Source: an uncultured Rickettsiales bacterium (lineage in GTDB: Bacteria > Myxococcota_A > UBA796 > UBA9615 > CAYRNR01). From it: a stretch of DNA of 64,000 nt. Numbering within the stretch: position 1 is the stretch's first letter; every line of letters starts with the position of its first letter. A program made the position numbers and the translations under genes. The stretch is taken from positions 16,186 to 80,185 of the forward strand of contig CAZLEO010000001.1 of assembly GCA_964558555.1 (NCBI GenBank), read 5' to 3'. The notes below the pieces were generated by a model, which saw only the letters and a program-made list of their open reading frames with translations, searched no databases and was not told the DNA's origin. This document shows, one piece after another, positions 8,383-19,331 of the stretch.

Positions 8383-9582
8383 GTGAGCAAGAAGCGGGTT
8401 CTTTTCGTGGACGACGAACGCCGGGTGCTGCACGGGCTCCGGCGCATGCTGCGACCCATGTCCAGTCAGTGGGAGATGCGGTTCGCCAGCAGCGGCGCCG
8501 AGGCGCTGAAGGTGCTGGCCGAGACGCCCCACGACGTGATCGTCGCGGACCTGCGCATGCCGGCCATGGACGGAGCGCAGCTGCTGCAGCAGGTGACACG
8601 CGACTACCCGAACATGGTGCGCATCGTGCTGTCGGGCCAGCCCGAGATGGAGCACTTCCTCAAGACCGTGGGCCCGGCCCACCAGTACCTGGCCAAACCC
8701 TGCGAGGCGAAGCGCCTCAAACGAACGGTCCGTCGCGCCAGCGCGGTTCAGGAGCTGATGGTCACGCCGTCGCTGGCCCGCATCGTCGGCGGCATGGAGT
8801 CCCTGCCCAGCCGCAGCGCCTCGGTCCAGGAGCTGCTCGGGGAGCTCATGTCCCCCGACTGCACCGTGAGGACCGTCGCCGAGATCGTAGGCCGCGACAT
8901 GGGGATGACCACCCGCGTGATGCGTGTGGTCAACTCCGCGTTCTTCGGCCTGCCCAAGCCGGTGTCGGATCCGGCCAAGGCCGTCTCCCTGCTGGGCCTG
9001 GACGCCATCCGCTCGCTGGTGATGTCCCTGCAGCTGTTCTCCACCTTCGACGGGGCCGGGGACTCGGGGCTCTCCCTGGACGGCATGTGGAAACACTGCT
9101 CCTCGGTGGGGGCCTGCGCCCGCAAGCTCGCCCGCGTGGAGAACCTGGGGCCGGTGGAGACGGGGCACGCGCTGCTCGCCGGCCTGTTGCACGACATGGG
9201 CAAGCTCGTGCTGGCGGATCAGTTCCCGGAGGCGTACGGGCGCTTGCTGGAGCGCACGCGCGAGGAGGGCGTGGCCCTGTGGGACCTGGAGGCGGAGGAG
9301 TTCGGCGCGGACCACGGCGTGGTGGGCGCCTACCTCGCCGGCCTCTGGGGTTTCCCTCACCCGGTGGTCGAGGCGCTGCTGTACCACCACCGGCCCTCCG
9401 ACGGGTTCTCCAAGGGCCCCGACGTGCTGTCGCTGGTCCACATGGCCAACGCCCTGGAGCACGAAGCGCGCGCCCGTCCCGAACCTTCGGAGGCGGACCC
9501 GGAGTTCCTGGAACAGGTGGGCCTCAAGGAGCGGTTCGACGAGTGGCTCGCCGCCGCCGCGGACGAGGGGGAGGGGACATGA
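8383..9582 (+). CDS. Response regulator with HDOD output domain
   Basis: Receiver motifs VLFVDDE, ADLRMP, IVLSG, LAKP. HDOD motifs VVNSAFFG, WKHCSSV, AGLLHDMGKL, DHGVVGAYL, WGFP, YHH. Confidence 0.9.
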   Translation: MSKKRVLFVDDERRVLHGLRRMLRPMSSQWEMRFASSGAEALKVLAETPHDVIVADLRMPAMDGAQLLQQVTRDYPNMVRIVLSGQPEMEHFLKTVGPAHQYLAKPCEAKRLKRTVRRASAVQELMVTPSLARIVGGMESLPSRSASVQELLGELMSPDCTVRTVAEIVGRDMGMTTRVMRVVNSAFFGLPKPVSDPAKAVSLLGLDAIRSLVMSLQLFSTFDGAGDSGLSLDGMWKHCSSVGACARKLARVENLGPVETGHALLAGLLHDMGKLVLADQFPEAYGRLLERTREEGVALWDLEAEEFGADHGVVGAYLAGLWGFPHPVVEALLYHHRPSDGFSKGPDVLSLVHMANALEHEARARPEPSEADPEFLEQVGLKERFDEWLAAAADEGEGT

Positions 9583-10739
9583 ACCGCAGGATCCTGTTCG
9601 TCGATGACGAACCCAACGTGCTGTCCGGCTTGCGGCGCACGGCCGCGCGCCAGTTCGACGTGACCACGGCCTCCGGCGGCGCCGCGGCGCTGCGCATCCT
9701 GCTCGATGAGGAGCCGTTCGCCGTGGTCGTATCCGACATGCGCATGCCCCGCATGGACGGCGCCGAGCTCCTGTCCCGGGTCCAGGGCTTCGCGCCGGAG
9801 ACCACGCGCATGATGCTCACCGGCGCGGCCGAGCTGGGCGTGGCCATGGAGGCGGTGAACCGGGGGCAGATCTTCCGCTTCATGACCAAGCCGTGCTCAC
9901 GGGACGACCTGACCGCCGCCCTGGAGGCGGGCGTCGAACAGTACCGACTGGTCACCGCCGAGAAGGAGCTGCTCGACCGCACGCTCAAGGGCAGCGTGCG
10001 GGTGCTGTCCCAGGTGCTTTCCGTGGTCAACCCCACGGCGTTCGGCCGGGCCAGTCGCGTGCGCCGGATCGCCCAGCTGGTCATGGAGGAGACGGGCGAA
10101 CCCATGCCCTGGTGGGTGGACGTGGCCGCCATGCTCTGCCAGATCGGCTGCGTCACGGTGCCCGAGGAGCTGTTGCTCCGCTGGCGCCGCGGCGAGCTGC
10201 TCAGCGAGGAGGAGAAGGCCATCATCGCCGAGCACCCGCGTGTGGCCTCGCAGATGCTGTCCAAGATCCCCAGGATGCAGCGCGTGAGGCAGGGCATCCT
10301 CTACCAGGACAAGCGGTATGGCGGCGGCGGCCTGCCCGCGGACGGCAAGCGAGGCGACGAGATCCCCTTTGCCGGGCGTCTCATCAAGCTGGCGCTGGAT
10401 TTCGAGATGTCCATCATGAAGGGCACCAACCCCGCCCAGACCATGGTCGCCCTGGACGCCCGCGCGGGGTGGTACGACCCCGACATGCTCGGCGCCCTTC
10501 ACGGCGTGGTGAGGCACGGCAAGTCCCACGAAAAGGACGAGCTGATGATCCACCAGCTGGAGGTCGGCATGATCATCGACAGCGACGTTCACGCCAAGGA
10601 CGAGATGCTGCTGGTGAGCAAGGGGACCGAGATCACGGGCCCGCTGCTGGGCAAGCTGGACAACTGGGAGCGCCTCGAGCGCGTCGAGGGCCCCATCGCC
10701 GTCAAGATCCCGAAGCCCGGGGGCGGCTTCTTCATGTAG
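9579..10739 (+). CDS. Response regulator with degenerate HD-GYP-like domain
   Basis: Receiver motifs ILFVDDE, SDMRMP, MLTG, TKP. HD replaced by CQ (LCQIGC); HHExxDGxGYP replaced by YQDKRYGGGGLP. Confidence 0.85.
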   Translation: MNRRILFVDDEPNVLSGLRRTAARQFDVTTASGGAAALRILLDEEPFAVVVSDMRMPRMDGAELLSRVQGFAPETTRMMLTGAAELGVAMEAVNRGQIFRFMTKPCSRDDLTAALEAGVEQYRLVTAEKELLDRTLKGSVRVLSQVLSVVNPTAFGRASRVRRIAQLVMEETGEPMPWWVDVAAMLCQIGCVTVPEELLLRWRRGELLSEEEKAIIAEHPRVASQMLSKIPRMQRVRQGILYQDKRYGGGGLPADGKRGDEIPFAGRLIKLALDFEMSIMKGTNPAQTMVALDARAGWYDPDMLGALHGVVRHGKSHEKDELMIHQLEVGMIIDSDVHAKDEMLLVSKGTEITGPLLGKLDNWERLERVEGPIAVKIPKPGGGFFM

Positions 10740-11118
10740 CGGGCTGGTCCGCCAGCAGCGGACCGATCTTGCGCTCCACGTCGGCCGCGGAGAACCCGGC
10801 CGACAGGAACGTGGTCGCGCCGCGGCGGAGGGCGGCCAGCACCCTGGAGCGGACGAGCAGGCCGGACGCGGCGGCCACCGGGATCTCCCGGCCGCTCGCG
10901 CGACCCAGGCGGATCAGCCGCCAGGTGTCCTCCTCGTCGTCGAGCCCCACGACCATCACCTTCACGGACATGAAACGCAGGACGGCGCGGGCCTCCTCGC
11001 TGCTGTTCGCGATGCACACGGGGAGGCCAGTCCCCTCGAGGGCTTCGCGGATCTCTTCGGGGTCCATGTCGCGGACGCGGCCCACGAAGAGCAGCAGGTC
11101 GGGTGCCAGCTCGTGCAT
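10732..11118 (-). CDS. Small degenerate receiver (CheY-like fold) protein
   Basis: 128-aa ORF (MHELAPDLLLFVG...AALRRGATTFLSAGFSAADVERKI) with GGAG upstream. Receiver-like layout but the phospho-Asp and the KP motif are missing. Confidence 0.55.
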   Translation of the reverse strand: MHELAPDLLLFVGRVRDMDPEEIREALEGTGLPVCIANSSEEARAVLRFMSVKVMVVGLDDEEDTWRLIRLGRASGREIPVAAASGLLVRSRVLAALRRGATTFLSAGFSAADVERKIGPLLADQPAT

Positions 11119-11293
11119 CCCATCTCCGTTCGGTGCGTTCCTGATCATCGGACGTTCGCGGGATTCCTTGATGTTTTTCCGTTCACCAGCTTTTTTGCGT
11201 TTCAGATCCATGCGGGCGCGATCCAAATCACTCGCGCGTTGGCTATAATCTTCGCACTGCCCTGGGTGGGGCAGGCGGGCGAGGGAGGTCGAT

Positions 11294-12388
11294 ATGGCTT
11301 GGTGGCGCTCCGGGAGCACCACGGACCCGGGATCTGCGGCGCCGACCAGCGGCGGGCGATCGAACCGGCGGCGATCGCTGCTCGAGGAACAGGCCAGGAG
11401 CATCAAGGCGCTCTCGCGGGGTTGCCGCACGTTGGTGGTGGCGTTCCGCCACCTGGCGGTCCACTCCCACTTCGCCGAGGTCAAGAAGTACCGCCGCGCC
11501 CTGGACGACCTGGATCTGGACCTGACCGACGGTGAGGTGCCCTCCGAGCGCGAGTTCCGCCAGGCGGCCAGCGGACTGGTCCAGGAGCTGCTGCACCTGC
11601 ACAAATCCCGCGAGAAGGTGCTGGGCAACCTCGTCGAGGAGATCTCGTCGGCCCTGTACCAGGGGTCCCAGGAGTCCGAGGACATCCGCCAGGAGATGCA
11701 GGAGAACATCAAGGCCATCGCCGATGCCACCGAGCTGGGCAACATGGAGGACATGGTCAAGCAGATCCGCGGCCAGGTCCGCGATCTGCAGACCAACGTG
11801 GAGCAGCAGCGAGAGAAGGAGCGGGCGCACCAGGAGGCCCTCAACAGCGAGCTCGGTGAGATGAAGGGGCAGCTGCAGCGCGCCGAGGCCGACCTGCAGG
11901 TCGACGCCCTCACCGGGGTGTGCAGCCGCCGCTGGCTCGACGAGTACCTCCAGACCAAGCTCCCGGCAGACGAGGACGACGTCCTGTGCCTGGCCATGGT
12001 GGACGTGGACCACTTCAAGTCCGTCAACGACACCCACGGCCATGACGTGGGTGACGAGGTCCTCAAGGCGCTGGGGCGCTGCCTCGACGAGGTGGTGATG
12101 CGCAAGACCGACTTCGTGGCCCGCTTCGGGGGCGAGGAGTTCGCCGTGCTGCTCGACGCGTCGAGCCTGCAAGGCGGCCTCGCGGTGGCCGAGCGCCTGC
12201 GTCAGGCCATCGAGGCGATGAACATCGAGACGGCCGCGGGGGTGCTCAAGATCACGGCCAGCCTCGGTGTGGCCGCGTCCCGCTACGGCGAATCCCCGCG
12301 GGAGCTGTTCCAGCGCGCGGACGGCGCCCTGTACGTGGCCAAGCGCAACGGCCGCAACCGGGTGGAAGCCGCTGCCGGGAGCCGCTAG
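11294..12388 (+). CDS. Diguanylate cyclase (coiled coil + GGDEF)
   Basis: Motifs DALTG, DVDHFKSVNDTHGHDVGD, RKTD I-site, ARFGGEEF, RADGALYVAKRNGRN. Confidence 0.93.
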   Translation: MAWWRSGSTTDPGSAAPTSGGRSNRRRSLLEEQARSIKALSRGCRTLVVAFRHLAVHSHFAEVKKYRRALDDLDLDLTDGEVPSEREFRQAASGLVQELLHLHKSREKVLGNLVEEISSALYQGSQESEDIRQEMQENIKAIADATELGNMEDMVKQIRGQVRDLQTNVEQQREKERAHQEALNSELGEMKGQLQRAEADLQVDALTGVCSRRWLDEYLQTKLPADEDDVLCLAMVDVDHFKSVNDTHGHDVGDEVLKALGRCLDEVVMRKTDFVARFGGEEFAVLLDASSLQGGLAVAERLRQAIEAMNIETAAGVLKITASLGVAASRYGESPRELFQRADGALYVAKRNGRNRVEAAAGSR

Positions 12389-12413
12389 CGCCTAGTCCGT
12401 CTCGAATTTCCCA

Positions 12414-12443
12414 TTGACCACGTCGGTCGATCCCAGCTACTCT
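12414..12443 (+). promoter_or_regulatory. Putative sigma70-type promoter of the FleQ-like regulator
   Basis: TTGACC-N18-TACTCT in an AT-richer intergenic segment. Confidence 0.4.
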
Positions 12444-12475
12444 GATAAAAGCACGAATAAGACTCGCCCCTTTTA

Positions 12476-12635
12476 GGCCAGGGAGGTCAGGACGACTCTC
12501 CGGGGGCAGACTCCTCCTCAGGAACCAGGATGGCTCCAGAGGAGGACGGTTCGTTCTCGCCCGGAGGGCGGGGTAGGCGCTCCTCGACAAGCGCTCCCCG
12601 TTGACGTCGTCCAGACCCCGAAAGGATCGGGAAGC
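12476..12635 (+). promoter_or_regulatory. 5' leader with multiple GGA-loop hairpins (candidate CsrA/RsmA sites)
   Basis: ggcc-AGGGA-ggtc, gtc-AGGAC-gac, cc-AGGAT-gg, cgccc-GGA-gggcg, cccga-AAGGA-tcggg. Confidence 0.5.
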
Positions 12636-14011
<1,376 letters not shown>

Positions 14012-14015
<4 letters not shown>

Positions 14016-16378
14016 TCGCAGCGCCCCTGCTGGCCGCCTTCATCGTGGCGGCGCCCTTGCCCCCGGGTTACGAGGACCTGGGCGAGGTGGCCCTGCAGGT
14101 GGGGTCCGGCGTGGAGGTGGACACCGACGCCTGCCCTGTGGCAGGGGAGTACCGCGTCCGGGTCAGCTCCGCCGATCCCGATCTCCTCCCTCGACTGCAG
14201 GCGCTCACGCACCCGTCCGTGCGCGCCGTTCGGGTGAACACGCCGTCGGACGGGATCACCCAGATCACGTTCAAGCTGAACTCTGGGGTGCTGTGGGCCG
14301 ACACGGAGGTGGACGCGACGGGCGAGCTGACCGTCCGGTTCGCCGGCGTGGCCAGCGAGGGGGCGACACCGAGCCTCACCGAAGTGCTCGAGACCAGCGT
14401 GGCCGGGCGCCGCAAGTCCCCCCTGTCCGAGGAGACCGGGTTCATGCCCCTGGGCGAGGGCAGCCCCTGGTCCTTCGTGTCGTTCCCGCTGCACCCGCCG
14501 GTGGTGGAGCCGTTCATCCCCATCTCCGAGACGGCGAGGCCCGCCGATGCCGTCCCGCCGCTGGTGGCCACGGCCGACCTGTTCGACGCCCTCGAGGTGC
14601 GCAAGGTCGCCGCCGTGGAGGGGGACAGCTGGTGGTTCGAGGCGGCCGACCATTTCATGCTCGTGGCATCGAAGCTCAGCGACGACGCCACCTTCGAGGC
14701 GGCGCTGGCGCTCACCGGCGAGGCGCTGTACCTCTCCGGCGGCAACGACGAGGCATACGAGTACTTCGAGCGGGTGCTGGCCGCCTACCCCGACTCGCCC
14801 CGGAGCGGTTGGTACCTCTTCGGACGCGGCCTGGCCAAGCAGGGGATGGGGCGGCACACGTCGGCCCTGGAGGACCTGGAGGCCGCCGTGGCCGGGCTCC
14901 CGTCCGAGGAGCGCGGCATGCCCATCGCCGCGATGATCGCGTCGCTGGCCTCCCTGGACCGCTGGGACGCCGCCTTCGCCCTGTCCACGGCCCTGCGGAG
15001 CGGCTGGCCCGACACCTACTTCGATCCCTGGCTGGAGGCGGAGCTGGCCTACCGCGCCGAGGATCCGGCGCGCACGTCCGAGCTGCTGGAGACCATGCAG
15101 GAGCTCGACGACCCACGCCGGCCCCTGGTGCTCGTGCGACTGGCCGACTGCGCGTGGCTCAACGGCGACGACGACGCGTTCCTGTACTGGCTCGCCAGCG
15201 CGCGGGCGTCCGGGGACGCGTCCGCCGGGATCATGGCGCAGCTGCGCCGGCTGGAGTGGCAGATCCTCGGGGGCGAGGTGGTGAGCTACCCCACGGTCAT
15301 CGCCGAGCTGCGCTCCCTCGCGGCCGTGGAACCCCGCGCCGGCCTCGAGGTGGCCCTGGCAGAGGGGGCGTTCCTGCACCGCGACCACATGCTGCTCGAC
15401 GCCTGCCGGCTGGATCGCGAGACGCTGCGCAACTACCCGGACTTTCCTGCCGCGGCCGCGGTGGAGACCCGCCTTTGCAACGCAGCCTCCATGTTGATGG
15501 AGGTGGCCCACGAGGACGGCGACCAGCTCGAGGAGGCGGGCGTGTTCATGGACTTCGTGGACGGCCGTGAAGCGCGCGCGTGCATCGATCCCGACCTGCT
15601 GCGCCGGGGCGCTGCGGTGCTGGAGTCGCTGGGCCTGTGGGAGCAGGCGCGGCGATCCCTGAGCAACCTGATGGTCCACGAGGATCTCACCCCCGTGGAG
15701 CGGGAGGGTGTGGTGCTGCACCTGGGCCGCATCTACCTGGAGACGGGGCGCGTACCGGACGGCCTGGAGACCATCGACTACTACCGCGACAGCCTGGACT
15801 CCCACGAGCTGCAGGACGAGGCCGACCTGCTCGCCGCCCAGCTGGTGCTGGCGCGCGGCGGCGAGGGGGACGCGCGCAAGGCGCTGGACATGGCCGGGCC
15901 GCTGACGGACGGCCGCAAGGACGCCTCAGTGCAGCGCCGCGCCGCCCGGCTCAAGGGGCGCGCGGCCGTGGTGTTGCGGGACTGGAAGGCCTGCGCGGAG
16001 GGCTACGAGCAGGCGCGCCGCACCGACGAGCGCGACGCAGACTGGCACTACGACGGCCTGCTCATGGGCTGGGCGCTGGTGCACGACGGCCGCAGCGCCG
16101 AGGCCGCGGCCGTCCTCGAAGGGGTGGATCCCGAGGAGCTGGCCGAGCCGGCCCAGGCTCCATACGGCTTCGCCCTGGCCCGCGCCTACCGCGGCCTGGA
16201 CCGGGAGGCGGAGGCCGAGGCGCTGCTGCAATCGGCGCGCATCCAGGCCGGGGAGACCGCCTGGGTCGACCTGTCGCGGCTCGAGCTCGACGACGTGGCC
16301 TGGGACGCCCGATTCGAGGAGCTGATCTCGGTGCCGGGCGCTCCGGATCCCACCGTCACCGAACCGTCAGAGCCTTGA
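14012..16378 (+). CDS. Exported tetratricopeptide-repeat protein, flagellar-cluster associated
   Basis: ATG 14012 (ATGA overlap), hydrophobic N-terminus, beta-rich N-terminal domain, and TPR-like helices (GEALY...AYEYFERVLAAYPDS; LHLGRIYLETG). Confidence 0.75.
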
Positions 16379-16399
16379 CACGATCGTCAGCCGGTCGTC
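16366..16399. promoter_or_regulatory. GTCA-N6-TGAC palindrome plus a degenerate second box (candidate FleQ-like enhancer)
   Basis: GTCAGAGCCTTGAC at 16366-16379 and GTCAGCCGGTCGTC at 16386-16399. Confidence 0.6.
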
Positions 16400-16461
16400 G
16401 CCGGAACCCCCTCTCCGGCCCCTGAATCCACCCCCCTCGTCACCCCACCTCGAAAACAAAG

Positions 16462-16478
16462 TCGGCACGGGCCTTGCA
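16462..16478 (+). promoter_or_regulatory. Sigma54 -24/-12 promoter of the flgB operon
   Basis: TCGGCACGGGCCTTGCA, with GG-N10-GC spacing. Confidence 0.8.
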
Positions 16479-16519
16479 CACTTCCTCTTCGAGCCGAACC
16501 GATCGGCGCCGGAGGCACC

Positions 16520-16918
16520 ATGAGCCTGAACCTGCTGGACCCCGTCACCGCAGCCATCGACCGTGTGCTCGATCTGCGCACCCGGCAGCAGGGCATGGCG
16601 GCGGCGAACCTGGCCAACGCGGACACCCCCGGGTACCGGGCCCGCCACGTGGACTTCGGCAAGTCGTTGACCCGGTTGCTGCGCATGCAGGCGAGCCAGC
16701 CGGTCAAGACCCACGGCGCCCACCTGGGCGACGACGCGTCCCGCGCCGTGGTGGTCCGCACCGTGGACCCCCACCCCTGGGCCGCGGACGGCAACTCGGT
16801 GGACCCGCAGCGCGAGATGGCGGTCCTCACCGAGAACCAGCTGCTCTACAACGCCTCCATCGAGATCTTCAACCGCCGCCTGGGCATGCTCCGGTACGCG
16901 GTCAGCGAAGGGAAGTAG
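16520..16918 (+). CDS. flgB: Flagellar basal-body rod protein FlgB
   Basis: Motifs NLANADTPGYRA and DGNSVD; first gene of the flgBC-fliE block. Confidence 0.93.
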   Translation: MSLNLLDPVTAAIDRVLDLRTRQQGMAAANLANADTPGYRARHVDFGKSLTRLLRMQASQPVKTHGAHLGDDASRAVVVRTVDPHPWAADGNSVDPQREMAVLTENQLLYNASIEIFNRRLGMLRYAVSEGK

Positions 16919-16920
16919 TC

Positions 16921-17355
16921 ATGGATCTGGTCGGACTTCTGCAGGTAAGCGCCAGCGGGTTGTCGGCCCAGCAGCTGCGCATGGAGATCGTGTCGGCGAA
17001 CCTGGCCAACGCCCACACGACCCGTTCCGCGGACGGTGGACCCTACGTGCGCAAGGAGCCGGTCCTTCGCTCGGTCGCCGTGCCCACGTCGGGCCCGCAG
17101 TTCGCGGACAGGCTGCGGGCGCACCTGCAGCAGGTCATCGTCCAGGACGTCCAGGACGACGCGTCGGGCCCGCGCCGCACCTACGACCCCGGGCATCCGG
17201 ATGCGGACCCCGCCGGGTACGTGATGATGCCCAACGTGGACGTGATGCGGGAGATGGTGGACCTGGTCAACGCCACGCGCTCGTACGAGGCGAACGTCAC
17301 GGCCCTGTCGGCCACGCGCGCCATGCTGCTCAAGGCCCTCGAGATCGGCAAGTAG
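16921..17355 (+). CDS. flgC: Flagellar basal-body rod protein FlgC
   Basis: Motifs SASGLSAQQLRMEIVSANLANA, YDPGHPDA, MPNVD, RSYEAN. Confidence 0.95.
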   Translation: MDLVGLLQVSASGLSAQQLRMEIVSANLANAHTTRSADGGPYVRKEPVLRSVAVPTSGPQFADRLRAHLQQVIVQDVQDDASGPRRTYDPGHPDADPAGYVMMPNVDVMREMVDLVNATRSYEANVTALSATRAMLLKALEIGK

Positions 17356-17365
17356 GAGGACGGCG

Positions 17366-17701
17366 ATGAAGGTGGACACGTCCATGAGCTCGGCCGCCGC
17401 GCAGATCGCGGACAAGGCGATCGAGCTGGCGAACGCGGCCCAGGGACCCGGCGGGGTCAAGCCCGCGGGCGAGACCCAGGGGGCCCAGTTCGCGTCGAAG
17501 GTGCGCGAGGCCGTGGGCTCGCTGGTGGAGACCGGGGCCGAGGCGGACCACAGCGTGATGACGCTGCTCTCGGGTGGAGAGACCGATCTGCACACCGCCA
17601 TGGTGCAGATGGGCGAGGCGGATCTGCAGCTTCGGTTCATGGTCCAGCTACGCAACAGAGCCATCGCCGCGTACGACGAGGTGATGAGGCTGCAGGTGTG
17701 A
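17366..17701 (+). CDS. fliE: Hook-basal body protein FliE
   Basis: DLHTAMV...VQLRNRAIAAYDEVMRLQV. Confidence 0.9.
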   Translation: MKVDTSMSSAAAQIADKAIELANAAQGPGGVKPAGETQGAQFASKVREAVGSLVETGAEADHSVMTLLSGGETDLHTAMVQMGEADLQLRFMVQLRNRAIAAYDEVMRLQV

Positions 17702-17737
17702 CGTGGCCGCTGACGGCTGCTTGAAGGTGGAAGACCC

Positions 17738-19330
17738 ATGGATGCTCTGAGTCAGCTCTACGCACGGTTCCTCGAATTCTGGGGCGGCCTGACCCCCCGC
17801 CGGCGCACCTCCCTCGCGATCATCGTGGGGGTCTGTTTGGTGGCGACGGTGGCCATGCTGGCCTGGGCCCAGCGGCCCGAGTGGACGCCGGTGGTCGGCG
17901 GCCTCGAGCCCGACGAGGCCCGCATGCTCGTGCAGTCCATGCGCGAGCAGGACTTCAAGGTGCTGGTCAAGGGGGACCAGGTGCTGGTGCCCGCGTCGGA
18001 CCTGGAGGAGGCCCGGCTGGCGGCGTACGGTAGCGACGTGGGTTCCACGCTGCCGGGGATGATCATGCTCCTCGACCGCAAGGGCATGGGCTTGACGCGG
18101 GAGCAGGAGAAGGCCACCTACCAGGTGGCGCTGCAGGGGGAGCTCGCGCGCACGATCTCCCGCTTCTCCGCGGTCGGCCGCGCGAGCGTGCAGCTGGTCA
18201 TGCCGCGCGAGGCCCTGTTCCCCGAGGACCGGGTCGAGCCCAGCGCCAGCGTGATGCTCGACCTCAAGCCGGGCAAGACCCTGTCCACCGAGCAGGTCAC
18301 CGCGGTGACCAACCTCGTGGCCGCGGCCGTGCCTCGCCTCGTGCCCGACGACGTGGTGGTGGCCGACACGGGCGGCAACATGCTGACCCGGCCCATGCGC
18401 GAGGACGACGCCGCCGCGGACGTGGACCGCCTGCTGTCGTACACCAAGCAGGTGGAGCACTCGCTGCAGCAGAAGGCCCTGACCCAGCTCGAGCGCATCT
18501 ACGGCCCGGGCCGCGCCCTGGTGGAGGTCACCGCCCGCATCGACACCTCCAGCCGCGAGTCCAGCGCGGTGGACTTCGACGCCAACGGAGTCGCCGCCCG
18601 GTCCATCCAGAGCCAGGAGACGTCCGAGAGCGGCGGCCAGTCCACGGCGCAGGGGGTGCCCGGCACCGGCGCCAACCTCCCGGAGATCGAGGCGCGAGCC
18701 GGCGGCGGCGCGAACTCCCTGACCGAGGCCACCACCGCGGCCGAGACCCTCAACTACGAGGTCCCCACCACCACCGAGCACCGCGTGCAGCCGCCCGGCA
18801 CCATCCAGGACCTCTCCGTGTCGGTGCTGGTGGACGGCGACATGCAGCTGGACGAGGCCACGGGCGAGGAGGTCTACGTCCCGCGCACCGAGGACGAGCT
18901 GACCCAGATCGAGTCCATCGTGGCCGCGGCCGTGGGCATCGACTCCAAGCGTGGTGATCGCATCTCGGTGGCCAACCTGCCGTTCCGCGCCGTGGAGCTG
19001 GAGACCGGGACCACCGCCAGCGTACCCTTCTTCCAGCGCTTCAAACCCGGGGACTGGATCAGCTGGATCGTGCTGCTGGCCATCCTGGTGCTGACGTACC
19101 TCTACGTCGTCAGGCCGGTGATGTCGTCCGTGATCGGCCCCAGCCCGGAGGAGCGCGTCGCGCAGATGGCCGGCATGGGCATGCTGCCCGACGGCCGCAG
19201 CGAGGAGTTCCAGAACCGGCTGCTCCAGTTGACGGGGCACGAAGGGGAGGGGGACCCCCTCGTCTCGGTGATCCGCGGCAACCTGACGGGCACCGTGCGC
19301 CACCTGCAGAGCTGGATCGAGGAGAGCTGA
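17738..19330 (+). CDS. fliF: MS-ring protein FliF
   Basis: Two TM segments, YQVALQGELARTI, PSASV, GVPG...NLP, NYEV, RGDRISV. Confidence 0.92.
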   Translation: MDALSQLYARFLEFWGGLTPRRRTSLAIIVGVCLVATVAMLAWAQRPEWTPVVGGLEPDEARMLVQSMREQDFKVLVKGDQVLVPASDLEEARLAAYGSDVGSTLPGMIMLLDRKGMGLTREQEKATYQVALQGELARTISRFSAVGRASVQLVMPREALFPEDRVEPSASVMLDLKPGKTLSTEQVTAVTNLVAAAVPRLVPDDVVVADTGGNMLTRPMREDDAAADVDRLLSYTKQVEHSLQQKALTQLERIYGPGRALVEVTARIDTSSRESSAVDFDANGVAARSIQSQETSESGGQSTAQGVPGTGANLPEIEARAGGGANSLTEATTAAETLNYEVPTTTEHRVQPPGTIQDLSVSVLVDGDMQLDEATGEEVYVPRTEDELTQIESIVAAAVGIDSKRGDRISVANLPFRAVELETGTTASVPFFQRFKPGDWISWIVLLAILVLTYLYVVRPVMSSVIGPSPEERVAQMAGMGMLPDGRSEEFQNRLLQLTGHEGEGDPLVSVIRGNLTGTVRHLQSWIEES

Positions 19331-19331
19331 C

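Noticed and set aside
9579-10739. Active c-di-GMP phosphodiesterase
   Set aside because: The HD and HHE...GYP metal-binding residues are substituted.
11244-11249. Sigma70 promoter for the GGDEF gene (TATAAT), and TACAAT at 7410-7415
   Set aside because: Good -10 hexamers but no convincing -35 or extended -10, so not reported as features.
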